Source: Thermoanaerobaculia bacterium
GTDB taxonomy: Bacteria; Acidobacteriota; Thermoanaerobaculia; Multivoradales; Multivoraceae
DNA length: 64,000 bases
Assembly: GCA_963666565.1 (NCBI GenBank)
Contig: OY762911.1
Span: 1,856,001 to 1,920,000, forward strand
Reading direction: 5' to 3'
The notes under the pieces were generated by a model. The model ran no database searches and was not told where the DNA came from. It worked only from the letters and a program-made list of their open reading frames with translations. Below are positions 49,104 to 58,556 of the stretch, piece by piece (position 1 is the stretch's first letter; each line of letters opens with the position of its first letter). Made by a program: the position numbers and the translations under genes.

Positions 49104-52100
49104 TCAGCTCAGCAGCAGGCGCAGATCGTCGGCGGTGAGATCCCGCAGGGACGATCCGCCGCCTTCGAGGATCGCGTCGGCGATCTGCCGCTTCGAGCGC
49201 TGGAGTTCCAGCATCTTCTCTTCCACGGTGTCGCGGGCGATCAGGCGGTAGGCGAAGACAGGCTGGGTCTGGCCGATGCGGTGGGTGCGGTCGATGGCCT
49301 GCGCCTCCACCGCCGGGTTCCACCACGGATCGAGCAGGAAGACGTAGCCGGCCGCGGTCAGGTTCAGGCCGACGCCGCCCGCCTTCAGGCTGATCAGGAA
49401 GAGGTTCGTGTCCGGGTCGTTCTGGAAGAGGTCCACCACCTCGCCGCGGTTCCGGGTCTGCCCGTCGAGGTAGGCGTACGGGACGCCCCGCTCTTCCAGG
49501 TGGCGCCGGACGTAGGCCAGCAGCGACGTGAACTGCGAGAACACGAGGCACTTGTGCCCCTCGGCGAGCACCTCCGACACCTGCTCGAAGAGCGATTCGA
49601 GCTTGGCGCTGCCGGCCTCGTTCCAGGACTCGTCGATCAGCCCCGGGTGGCAGGCGACCTGGCGCAGGCGGAGCAGCGCCTCCAACACCTGCATGGCCGA
49701 GCCGCCGACTCCCTTCTCTTCCACCTGCTGCAGCAGGCTGTCGCGGTAGCCGGCCCGGAGCTGGTCGTAGATCTCCTGCTGCTTCGGGTTCAGGGTGCAC
49801 TGCAGGATCTGCTCGGTCTTCTCCGGCAGGTCCGGGAGCACTTCCCGCTTGCTGCGGCGGAGGATGAAGGGCCGCAGACCCTTGGCGACGAGGGCGAGCT
49901 CCTGCTCGCTCGGCGCCCGGCCGCCGGCCAGCACGTCGAGCGCCGGCAGCCGGCCGAGCAGGCCCGGGTTGAGGAACTCGAAGATCGAGCCGAGTTCGCC
50001 CAGGTGGTTCTCGATCGGCGTACCGGTCAGCGCCAGCCGGTGCTTGCCGGTCAGCAGGCGACAGGCCTTGGCCGTCTGCGAGGCCGCGTTCTTGATCGCC
50101 TGCGCCTCGTCGAGGATGACGGTGTCGAAGTCGACCGTCGCCAGGTAGCCGATGTCGCGGCGCACGGTGCCGTAGGTCGTGACGACCAGGTCGGCGGAGG
50201 CGATGTCGCCGCGCAGGTCCTCGCGGTCCCGGCCGGCGTACTCCAGCACCTTGAGGTCCGGCGTGAAGCGGGCGGCCTCGTCGATCCAGTTGTAGACGAG
50301 GCTGCGCGGCGCGACGACGAGGTAGGGCAGCTTCGTCGTCCGCGAGGCGGTGCGGTACATGCGGAGCAGCGCCAGGGCCTGGATCGTCTTGCCCAGCCCC
50401 ATGTCGTCGGCGAGCACGCCGCCGAGGCCGAACTCGCGCAGGAAGCACAGCCAGCCCAGGCCGAGCCGCTGGTAGGCGCGGAGCGCGCCGACGAAGCTGC
50501 GCGGCTCCTTCTTCGGCTTGATCGAGGAGAACGTGCTCAGCTTCTCGCGCAGCTCGGCGAAGGTCTTGCTGACGTTCACCGGCGGCGTCACCGCCAGCAG
50601 CGCGTCGACCAGCAGGGCCTGCGAGGGCAGGAAGCGGAGCCCCTCCTCGCTCGCGGCCTGCGCCAGTTGGCTGAGCGAGCCGTAGTTCTCCACCCAGGCC
50701 GCCGGCAGCAGGCCCTTCGAGCCGTCGTCCAGCTCGACCGAACGGCGGCCTTCCGAGATCGCCGACAGGATCTCCGAGAACTCGATGCGGTCCTCGCCGA
50801 AGTCGATCTGGCCGCTCAGCTCGAACCAGTCGACGCCGCTCTCGATGCGCAGCGCCGGCGGGCTGGGGGGCCGAATCGAAGCGCCGTGGGCCTGTACCTC
50901 CCAGCCCTCGGCGAGCAGCGGTTCGGCGACCGCCGGCAGGTCGCGCGGTTCCAGTTCCAGACCGTGGCCGGTCTTGGACGCGACCGGCTTCAGGCCGAGC
51001 TCGAGCAGGCGGACGAGCGCCGCCTGCTCGACCTCCAGGTCGCGCCGGACGAAGCGGTGCTCCTCCCAGTCGACCACCGCCGAACGCGGGTCGCCGGCGT
51101 CGACGGTCAGGCTGTCGTAGCCGAAGCTGAGCCGGGCCTCGAGCTGGGGGTTCATCCACTCCGGCGCGTCCTCCGGCTCCAACGCCAGGCGCGGCTGCGG
51201 CGCCGGGGACTCCTCCGAGAGGTAGACCTCTTCCGGCAGCTCCAGCGGCGGCAGGGCGGGCAGTTCCAGCAGGCTCGTCACCGCCGCTTCCAGGTCCTCG
51301 TCCGGGATGACCAGGTCGCCGCTGGCGCCGAGCAGGGAGTACCAGGGCTGGTCGCGCCTCGGCTCGAGGTGGAGCCGGCAGATCGAGTCGTCGAGCAGCA
51401 GCAGCGTGTTGCCGGTCTCCTCCGCGCGGGCGCCGGGCGCGACGCCGTTGCCGGCCGGGAACGGCAGCACGAGGGCCGCGCGGCTGAGCGGCGCCGTCTC
51501 GTCGCCGCGCTTGAGCAGACCGCGGAGCCGGACGCGGCTTGCCGCCGCGAGCTCCAGTTGCAGCGTGAGACGCCAGGGAGCGCCTTCGTCGAAGGTCACC
51601 GGTTGCTGTCCGGCCAGGGAGCGGCCGTCCCACCAGAAGAGGCGGCCGCTTGCGCTGAGGCGCGGCAGCAGGCGATCGACCCAGTTCAGCGGCACGAAGA
51701 CCCGCTGGATTCGGGGTCGCGCCGGCGGGCGGCCGCGGCCGGCCTTGCGCTTGCGCCCCTGGCGTTGCGGCGCCTCCGGCGGCAGCGCGGTGATCATCGC
51801 CGGCGTCGCCGCCGCGGACGCGCCGTTCGTCGACGGGTCGCCGGCGTCGAGGGACTCCGGACCGAGCAGTTCCTCCAGCTTCGCGTGGTCGAGGTTGAGC
51901 CGCTTCATCTTGCCGAACTCGCCCTGCGGATTCCGCCTGCGGCCGAAGATGTCGATCATCAGGCCGCCGGCGTTGCGGCTCGTCGCGGCGTTGATGAGCA
52001 GCCGGATCTCGGGTTCGCCGTGCCTTGCCGAAACCGGCTTCGCGGGCTGGTCCTGCTGCTCGATGTTCTCGAGGACCGAGTCGACGACCGAGCGCCAGCT

Positions 52101-52745
52101 CGTCGTCGTGGGGGCTCGCCGCCGGCGCCGGCTGCGGCCCCGGCGCGTGCGCCTGGAGGGGCGGGGGGCCTCGCTCGCGGCGGTCGCCGCCGGCTCGACC
52201 GCGTCCAGCGCCGATCCCGGCATGGACACCTGGGGCGGACGAGTCTTGCGCAGCGAGACGCGGCCGGAGCCGGCCGGCTGGCTGCCCTTCGCGCTTGCCG
52301 CGAGCTCCAGCAGCGAGGCCCAGATGTGCCCGCACGCCGTGCCGGCGACGAACTCCGGACACTCGCACACCGCGTGCAAGATGCGTTCGTCGGGCACTCT
52401 CGACCAGTCGATCTCCACGGTGGCGGCGCCGTTCGTCGACGGATCCGCCGGGGCGTCGCCGTCGGTGGCCGGCAGCGCCGGAACGGTGGCCCGGGCCGTC
52501 GTCCCGTCGACTTCCAGCTTCACGGCGCCGGCCGCGAAGACGGACTGGCCCAGTTCCCGATCCTTCGGACGAAAGTGGGACGCGCTCCGCTGGTGCAGCG
52601 CGACCGTGCGGCCCTTGCCCGCGGCCGAGCGCGGGCGGTTCCGCCGCCGACGGCGGGCCGGCCGCCTGGGGATGGCAGTTTTCCCGGTGGGGTTTTCGCC
52701 TTGCGCTTCTGGCATTCCGATGGGGTATCGACCCGTTGAGTTCAC
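49104..52745 (-). CDS. SWIM zinc finger + SNF2-family helicase
   Basis: CECPEF...CGH (SWIM), LADDMGLGKT, DEAQ, TGTPIEN, LVFSQF, SLKAGGVGLNL and WWNPAVEAQAIDRTHRIGQ. Start uncertain. Confidence 0.92.
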   Translation of the reverse strand: MNSTGRYPIGMPEAQGENPTGKTAIPRRPARRRRRNRPRSAAGKGRTVALHQRSASHFRPKDRELGQSVFAAGAVKLEVDGTTARATVPALPATDGDAPADPSTNGAATVEIDWSRVPDERILHAVCECPEFVAGTACGHIWASLLELAASAKGSQPAGSGRVSLRKTRPPQVSMPGSALDAVEPAATAASEAPRPSRRTRRGRSRRRRRAPTTTSWRSVVDSVLENIEQQDQPAKPVSARHGEPEIRLLINAATSRNAGGLMIDIFGRRRNPQGEFGKMKRLNLDHAKLEELLGPESLDAGDPSTNGASAAATPAMITALPPEAPQRQGRKRKAGRGRPPARPRIQRVFVPLNWVDRLLPRLSASGRLFWWDGRSLAGQQPVTFDEGAPWRLTLQLELAAASRVRLRGLLKRGDETAPLSRAALVLPFPAGNGVAPGARAEETGNTLLLLDDSICRLHLEPRRDQPWYSLLGASGDLVIPDEDLEAAVTSLLELPALPPLELPEEVYLSEESPAPQPRLALEPEDAPEWMNPQLEARLSFGYDSLTVDAGDPRSAVVDWEEHRFVRRDLEVEQAALVRLLELGLKPVASKTGHGLELEPRDLPAVAEPLLAEGWEVQAHGASIRPPSPPALRIESGVDWFELSGQIDFGEDRIEFSEILSAISEGRRSVELDDGSKGLLPAAWVENYGSLSQLAQAASEEGLRFLPSQALLVDALLAVTPPVNVSKTFAELREKLSTFSSIKPKKEPRSFVGALRAYQRLGLGWLCFLREFGLGGVLADDMGLGKTIQALALLRMYRTASRTTKLPYLVVAPRSLVYNWIDEAARFTPDLKVLEYAGRDREDLRGDIASADLVVTTYGTVRRDIGYLATVDFDTVILDEAQAIKNAASQTAKACRLLTGKHRLALTGTPIENHLGELGSIFEFLNPGLLGRLPALDVLAGGRAPSEQELALVAKGLRPFILRRSKREVLPDLPEKTEQILQCTLNPKQQEIYDQLRAGYRDSLLQQVEEKGVGGSAMQVLEALLRLRQVACHPGLIDESWNEAGSAKLESLFEQVSEVLAEGHKCLVFSQFTSLLAYVRRHLEERGVPYAYLDGQTRNRGEVVDLFQNDPDTNLFLISLKAGGVGLNLTAAGYVFLLDPWWNPAVEAQAIDRTHRIGQTQPVFAYRLIARDTVEEKMLELQRSKRQIADAILEGGGSSLRDLTADDLRLLLS

Positions 52746-52934
52746 TGCGCCGCCGGCTGGCAGTTCGGTTCCTCCCGGAGGACGGATCGACGTGGTTGAC
52801 GTCTCGGGAGCTGAGCCGCGGCCGCTCTGGGCATCTGCTGGCGACAGCCGGGATGGGCGGTCCCCTGCGTCGCGGCGCCGTGAAAGCCCGGCGATTGTAG
52901 CCCAAACCCGTCACGACGCCAAGTTCCCGCGGCA

Positions 52935-53053
52935 CTGGGTGCGCGGGTCTTCCGACCCGCATCCGGCGGCCTTTGGCCGGCGGTCCTGTCGTCCGGGCTG
53001 CGCCGCTTGCGCGGCTCTGTCCGGGATGCGGGTCGGAAGACCCGCGCACCCAG
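52935..53053. repeat. Inverted pair of REP-like repeats (REPIN/BIME-like)
   Basis: CTGGGTGCGCGGGTCTTCCGACCCGC at 52935-52960 (+) and its reverse complement at 53028-53053. Confidence 0.85.
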
Positions 53054-53068
53054 CGGCACCCAGCGGCG

Positions 53069-55318
53069 CTACGCTCTTGCGTAGTAGCGGCTGTAGTCGC
53101 GGCGGTAGTACTGCGAGTAGTAGTACGGATGGGCGTTGAGGCTCACCTTGTTCAGCACGACGCCGACGACCCGCGCGCCGTCCGCCGTCAGCCGCTCGAG
53201 CGCGGCGGCGGCGGTGCGCCGGTGCGTCGACTCGGCGTCGGCGACGAACAGCACGTGGTTCACGGCGTGGCCCACGATGATCGCGTCGGGGATCGGCAGC
53301 ACCGGCGGCGTGTCCAGGACGATCCAGTCGTAGTGCTCGCGCTGCGAGGCAAGGAAGGCCTGGAAGCGCTGGGACGCGATGAGCTCGGTCGCGTTGGGGG
53401 ACCTCTTGCCCGCCGGCAGCACGGAGAGTCGCGGCTCGATCTTCCGGATCGCCTGTTCGAGGTTCGCTTGCCCGGCCATGATGTCGGTCAAGCCGGGCTC
53501 CAGTTCCTGCTTCCAGCACTTGTGCTGCGTGGCCCGTCTGCTGTCGGCGTCGATCAGCAGGGTGAACTGGCCCGACTGGGCGATGGCGGAGGCCAGATTG
53601 CACGCCAGGACGCTCTTGCCGTCGCCCGGCTCGGCGCTCGTGACCGCGACCGACCGGCAGCCTTCCTCCGCCGAGGAGAAGAAGAGGCTGGTGCGGATCG
53701 TCCTGATGGCCGCCGCGAAGTTGTCGGGCACGTCCGGCCCGACCTGGAGCAACTCGTCCTCGTCGTCCGAGTCGACCTTGGGGACCATGCCGAGGTACGG
53801 CTGGCCGAGCCCCGTCTTGATGTCGTCCGGCGTCTTCAGGCGGTCGTCCAGATGCTCCACGAAGAAGATCAGCCCGAGGGCGAGAAAGGCGCCGCCGAAG
53901 AACCCGAACAGCATCGTCCGCACCGGCCGCGGCCTGAAGGGCCGCAGCGGCACCTCCGCGGCGTCGACGATCCGGATCGTGCTGGTCTGCAGTTCGCCGG
54001 TGACGCTCGTCTCGTCCGCGCGCTGCAACAGCGAGTCGTAGATGCGGCGCACGCTCTCGGCCTCGCGCACCAGCACCCCGTACTCGATGCCCTGGCGGTC
54101 GAGCGCGAGCGCCGCCTGCGTCCGGCGGTCGAGTTCCGAGCGCAACTGCTCCTCCTCGTTGCGCGCGACCTCGTACTCCGTCCGCACCGAGTCGACGACC
54201 TTGTCGACCTCCGCCCGCAACCGGAGTTCCGCGTCCTCCACGTCGGCCCGGACGGCGATCAGGTCGGGATGAAGGTCGCCGAGCTCGCCGGCCAGCCGGG
54301 TCGCCTCCCGCTGAAGCTCCACGACGCGCGCCTTCTGCTGCTGGATGAAGGCGTTGCCGAGGATCTCCGGGAACCGGTCGAGGGCCCGCGGATCGTCCTG
54401 CGCGGACTCGATCTCGCGGTAGCGGGACTCGCGGGCGATGCGCACGGCCGCCGCCCGCGTGACGGCGCCGTTCAGGTCCGCCAGCTCCTGCGCCATGATG
54501 CTCTGGCGGTCGTTCAGCGTGACCGCGCCCTGCGTTTCCCGGTAGTTCTGGAGCGCGATCTGCGACGCTTCGACCTCCCTGCGCTGCTCCTCGATCCGCT
54601 GCTCCAGCCAGGCCGAAGCCTCCCTTGAAGACGCCTGCCGGAATCGCAGATCCTGGTCGATGTACTCCTGCGCCAGGGTGTTGGCGACCTCCGCGGTCAG
54701 GGCCGGAACCGCGGACTCGAACCGGACGTCGACGATGCGGCTGTCGCGCACGGGGACGACGTCGAGCCGGGCCATGAACCGGTTGATGGCCGCCGACTCG
54801 CCGCGGGTTTCGGGAGTCCCGCCCCGCTGCTCGGCGGGCCGCTGCCGCGGCACGAGCCTGAGCGGCGCCGTCGCGTAGCGGAGGACCAGGGACACCGGGT
54901 CGAACCGCTCCTCCTCCATGAACTCGGCACGATCCCAAAGCCCCAGCCGGTCCATCGTCGCCCGGGCCAGGGCGCGACTGCGGAGAATCTCGTACTGGGT
55001 CCGGTAGAACTCGGACCGGAACGACCGGGTACTCTCCGTGATGACCTCTTCGAAGTTGACGACGTTCGGTGCGTCCCTCTCGATCTGGAGACGCGCCGAC
55101 GCCTGGTAGATCGGCGTCGGCGTCACGGCGAAGAGGAACGCGGTCGCGACGACCAGCACGAAGGCGGTGCCGCCGAGCCAGCGCCGCCGGTAGAGGATGC
55201 GGAGGTAGTCGCCCAGGCGCCGTTCGTCGGACTGGTACGCCCACGCCTGACGGTAGCCGCCGTCTTCGCCCGCGCCCGTCGCGGGCATGCCGCCGGGATC
55301 CGGCCCGTACTCCGCCAT
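53069..55318 (-). CDS. wzc: Polysaccharide co-polymerase/tyrosine autokinase
   Basis: Wzz-like N-terminus, coiled coil, second TM, Walker A AEPGDGKS, IDAD, DTPP and a Tyr-rich tail YYYSQYYRRDYSRYY. Confidence 0.92.
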   Translation of the reverse strand: MAEYGPDPGGMPATGAGEDGGYRQAWAYQSDERRLGDYLRILYRRRWLGGTAFVLVVATAFLFAVTPTPIYQASARLQIERDAPNVVNFEEVITESTRSFRSEFYRTQYEILRSRALARATMDRLGLWDRAEFMEEERFDPVSLVLRYATAPLRLVPRQRPAEQRGGTPETRGESAAINRFMARLDVVPVRDSRIVDVRFESAVPALTAEVANTLAQEYIDQDLRFRQASSREASAWLEQRIEEQRREVEASQIALQNYRETQGAVTLNDRQSIMAQELADLNGAVTRAAAVRIARESRYREIESAQDDPRALDRFPEILGNAFIQQQKARVVELQREATRLAGELGDLHPDLIAVRADVEDAELRLRAEVDKVVDSVRTEYEVARNEEEQLRSELDRRTQAALALDRQGIEYGVLVREAESVRRIYDSLLQRADETSVTGELQTSTIRIVDAAEVPLRPFRPRPVRTMLFGFFGGAFLALGLIFFVEHLDDRLKTPDDIKTGLGQPYLGMVPKVDSDDEDELLQVGPDVPDNFAAAIRTIRTSLFFSSAEEGCRSVAVTSAEPGDGKSVLACNLASAIAQSGQFTLLIDADSRRATQHKCWKQELEPGLTDIMAGQANLEQAIRKIEPRLSVLPAGKRSPNATELIASQRFQAFLASQREHYDWIVLDTPPVLPIPDAIIVGHAVNHVLFVADAESTHRRTAAAALERLTADGARVVGVVLNKVSLNAHPYYYSQYYRRDYSRYYARA

Positions 55319-56187
55319 CAGAACAACCTCTCCGGAATACGGACGATGTCGTCGGGTTGCACCGGGTCGTCGAGCTTCACCTTGATCTCCTTCTGCTCGC
55401 CGTTCACGACGCGGAGGATGCGGACGCGATTCAGCGCGGCGTACTCCGTCGTTCCGCCGGCGAGCGACAACACCTGCAGCACGACGGTGTCGTGCCGGAT
55501 GGGATAGCGCCCGGGGTTGCGAACCTCGCCGAAGACGTACACGACGTCGGCTTCGGGCACGAAGACGGTGTCGCCGTCGCGGAGGACGACGTTCTGCGAA
55601 AGGTCGCCGGTCCCCAGGGCGTCGAGATCGATCTCCAGGCTGTCGGCGACCGCGTCGTCGCCCGGCAGCGCCGGCTCGTCCCGGCCGTTTCCGCTCCGAA
55701 CGAGCACGGCCGTTCCGGAAGCCGTCGGGGTCGCCCCGCCCCCGAAGGCCAGCAGCTCGACGAGACGCATCTCTCCGCTCAGCGGGTAGGCGCCTGGCCG
55801 CCGGACCTCGCCGACGATGAAGACCCGCTGGCTGTTGTACTCCTCGACCGAGACGGTCACCCGCGGGTTGCGGAAGTAGCCGTCCGAAAGGCGGGCCACC
55901 AGCGCTTCCTCGAAGGCGCGCACGGTCGATCCGCCAGCGCCGATCCGGCCGATCAGCGGAAACGACAGGGACCCGTCCAGTTCGACCGTGTAGCTGCCGC
56001 CGAGGCTCGGTTGGTCGAACACATCGATCCGCAACGTGTCCTGCGGGCCGATGATGTAGTTGCCGTCGTCCGGCGAGGCGGCCTCGAGGCTCGCGGCGCC
56101 GGACCACGCCAGGCAGACGGCGGCGGCCGCCGCCGTCCAGACGGAAGGTATGCGCGTCGCGGCCCGGCCGCGGCTCTTGCTCTGCAT
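55318..56187 (-). CDS. wza: Polysaccharide export protein (Poly_export + SLBB domains)
   Basis: YIIGPQDTLRIDVF, DGSLSFPLIG, GEVRRPGAY and GEVRNPGRY. Confidence 0.88.
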   Translation of the reverse strand: MQSKSRGRAATRIPSVWTAAAAAVCLAWSGAASLEAASPDDGNYIIGPQDTLRIDVFDQPSLGGSYTVELDGSLSFPLIGRIGAGGSTVRAFEEALVARLSDGYFRNPRVTVSVEEYNSQRVFIVGEVRRPGAYPLSGEMRLVELLAFGGGATPTASGTAVLVRSGNGRDEPALPGDDAVADSLEIDLDALGTGDLSQNVVLRDGDTVFVPEADVVYVFGEVRNPGRYPIRHDTVVLQVLSLAGGTTEYAALNRVRILRVVNGEQKEIKVKLDDPVQPDDIVRIPERLF

Positions 56188-56309
56188 GAATGTCCCCTGG
56201 AGCCGCCGACGATGGCGGCCTCCGAATCTGGACCCGTTCCGGACGGAGAGCGAGTCTACCGGCCCGGACGTGGATCCGGCGTTGCGTTGGAAGGTCAATC
56301 TGGCGAGCC

Positions 56310-58556
56310 TCATGTTCCGTACTCGAACACGATCCCCGCCTGCAGGGCGTCGAAGCCCCGAAGCGTCGTCGACGACCGTCTCACGTCGCCGACTCGCAGA
56401 CCGATCCGGACCGACTCGTTCAGACGGTAGCCGAACGTGAGGGAGTGCTGCAGGACGACGTCCCGGCGATTCCCGGCGCCGACATAGTCGTACTCGTCCC
56501 GGGCGGCGCGGGCGCTCAGGTCGAACGGTCCGCTGCCGAGCCGCCGCCGCGCTTCCAGGCCGTACCGGGCGACGACGTAGTAGTGGTGGCGGGGACTGAA
56601 CGAGTACTCGATGTCCCGCATCGCCTCGACGGTCGCCCTCACGTCCGCGGGCAGGGAGAACCCCAGTTCCCCGCGGACCACGACCTCCGTCTCGTCGCTC
56701 ACCGCCGCGCCCAGCGCCTCGAACTGCCGCACCCCGACCTCGAAGGCGCCCGCGATGGCCGCCCGCGGCTCGAACTCGGCGCCGAGCGTCACGATGACGT
56801 TGTCGCTGTCCCGCTCGGGAGACAGGTCGAATCGCATGCGGCGGGACTCGCCCGCGAGCACGAGGGTGGAGAGCGGCGTGCGCCGCCAGCGAAAGGCCGC
56901 CCGGGCCGCGCGCTCCTCCCGGTCGAGCGTCTCGGCGAGCCGCGTTCCCTCGAAGAACTCGTCGCCGTCGAACGTCACGGTGTCCCGCGCGACCTCCAGA
57001 TCGAGCGCCAGCTTCGGCCCCAGGCCGACGCGGACGCCGCCGTTCTCCCGCGTTTCGACGCGGCGCGCCCTGAGGTCGATGTCGAACGAGGGCCGCTGGC
57101 GCGTGTCGAGCCAGCGGCCCCCCGCGAAGAAGGTCAGCGGGCCCGCCGCCAGGTCGAGGCGCGCGCTCGCGTCGGGATTGACCGAACGCTCCCCTTCGAA
57201 CTTGTGAAACCACTCGCCGCGCGCCGCCACGGTCGTCGTCAGCAGCGCCCGGCGACGGAACGGGACCCACACATCGACCGCGGGGGTCCCCGCGACCACG
57301 TAGTCCTCCTCCGGGTCGGCCGTGTTGAAGACGTTCGTGTCGATGCCCAGCCGGTCGAGCGTGAAGCGCGGCGTCAGATAGACGGACCCGAACTGCATCC
57401 GCGCCTCCGAGCGGTAGCTCTCGTCGAGCCGGTTCGTCTGGGCCCTCGCGGTTCCCGGGGACGAAGCGAGCAGCGCCAGCAGTGCCGGGAGGAGAAGGGG
57501 GATCGTCGCGGTGCGGCTGCCCCGCCAGCTTCCGCGGCGCCAGAGCGCGACCGCGAGGAGCTGGCCGGGCAGGACGGCCGCGGCGAGAACGACGCTGCCG
57601 GACACGACCGTGACGACCGCCAGCGCGCACGCGCCAGCCGTGAAGGCGAACAACTTCAGCACGGCGGCGCGTTCGCCGGCCACGGCCGCGAGCAGATAGT
57701 GCAGGTGCCGGCGGTCCGCCCGCACGACGCTCCGCATCCGGTCGACCGGACGGCGCCTCGGCGGCGCCGTGAAGCGGGCGGCCGCGACGAGCAGCGTGTC
57801 GAAGATCGGCATCCCGAGCATGACGAAGGGGGCCAGCGCCCCCGTCGCGGTGCTCGCCCCGTCCGCCAGGTTCAGCGCCAGCCACGCCAGCACGAAGCCG
57901 ATCAGCAGGGCGCCGTTGTCGCCGAGGAAAATCCGGGCCGGTCGCCAGTTCCACCGCAGAAAGCCCGCGCAGGCCGCGAACAGCGCGGCCGCGACGCCGG
58001 TCGACGCCGCGTCGCCCTGGAGGATGCCGAGCACGGCGAAGCCGCCGGCGACGATGCACGCCACGCCCGTGGCGAGACCGTCCAGACCGTCCAGGAGGTT
58101 CATCGCGTTCGTCATGCCGATCAGCCAGATCACCGCCAGGATCGAACCGGCCAGCGGCGAGATCTCCACCGGACCGAGGCGGTCGACCGGCTGGAGGGCG
58201 ACGACCAGGCCGGCGGCCGCGCCCTGCGCCGCCACCCGGTACAGGACCCGGCAGCCGCTCAGGTCCTCGAGCAGTCCGACCGCGAAGACGGCGGCGGCGG
58301 CGACGCAGAGGCTCACGATGCGGATGTCCGCCCCGTCGAACCTGCCCAGCAGGAGCGCGGCGAAGCAACCGGCGGCCAGGCCGGCGGCGACCAGGATTCC
58401 GCCGGTCAGGGGCACGGAAGCCCGGTGGCGCTTGCGGTCGCCGGGTTCGTCCAGCCAGCCCAGGCGTCTGCCCAGCCGGGCGGCGACCGGCCCGCCGGCG
58501 AGGCAAACCGCCCCGGCCAGGAGCGCGGAGATCCCTCCGATCAGGAGGCCAGGCAC
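56310..58556 (-). CDS. MraY/WecA-family glycosyl-1-phosphate transferase fused in frame to an outer-membrane beta-barrel domain
   Basis: RBS GGGAGG before GTG 58556. D.PG.RK.H...P..GG, NAMNLLDGLDGL, FLGDNG and DRRHLH, continuing without a stop into a signal-like segment and amphipathic beta strands ending VFEYGT. Confidence 0.8.
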   Translation of the reverse strand: MPGLLIGGISALLAGAVCLAGGPVAARLGRRLGWLDEPGDRKRHRASVPLTGGILVAAGLAAGCFAALLLGRFDGADIRIVSLCVAAAAVFAVGLLEDLSGCRVLYRVAAQGAAAGLVVALQPVDRLGPVEISPLAGSILAVIWLIGMTNAMNLLDGLDGLATGVACIVAGGFAVLGILQGDAASTGVAAALFAACAGFLRWNWRPARIFLGDNGALLIGFVLAWLALNLADGASTATGALAPFVMLGMPIFDTLLVAAARFTAPPRRRPVDRMRSVVRADRRHLHYLLAAVAGERAAVLKLFAFTAGACALAVVTVVSGSVVLAAAVLPGQLLAVALWRRGSWRGSRTATIPLLLPALLALLASSPGTARAQTNRLDESYRSEARMQFGSVYLTPRFTLDRLGIDTNVFNTADPEEDYVVAGTPAVDVWVPFRRRALLTTTVAARGEWFHKFEGERSVNPDASARLDLAAGPLTFFAGGRWLDTRQRPSFDIDLRARRVETRENGGVRVGLGPKLALDLEVARDTVTFDGDEFFEGTRLAETLDREERAARAAFRWRRTPLSTLVLAGESRRMRFDLSPERDSDNVIVTLGAEFEPRAAIAGAFEVGVRQFEALGAAVSDETEVVVRGELGFSLPADVRATVEAMRDIEYSFSPRHHYYVVARYGLEARRRLGSGPFDLSARAARDEYDYVGAGNRRDVVLQHSLTFGYRLNESVRIGLRVGDVRRSSTTLRGFDALQAGIVFEYGT

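Noticed and set aside
48882-52739. 1285-aa plus-strand ORF and the overlapping 1333-aa minus-strand ORF (49048..53049)
   Set aside because: These are shadow frames of the SNF2 helicase. They are Arg/Gly/Ala-rich with no motifs, as expected at high GC.
56188-58506. Apparent 1062-aa Wza (track ORF 55318..58506) and 1012-aa Wzc (53069..56107)
   Set aside because: The upstream portions are out-of-frame read-through across other genes. Real starts are near 56187 and 55318.
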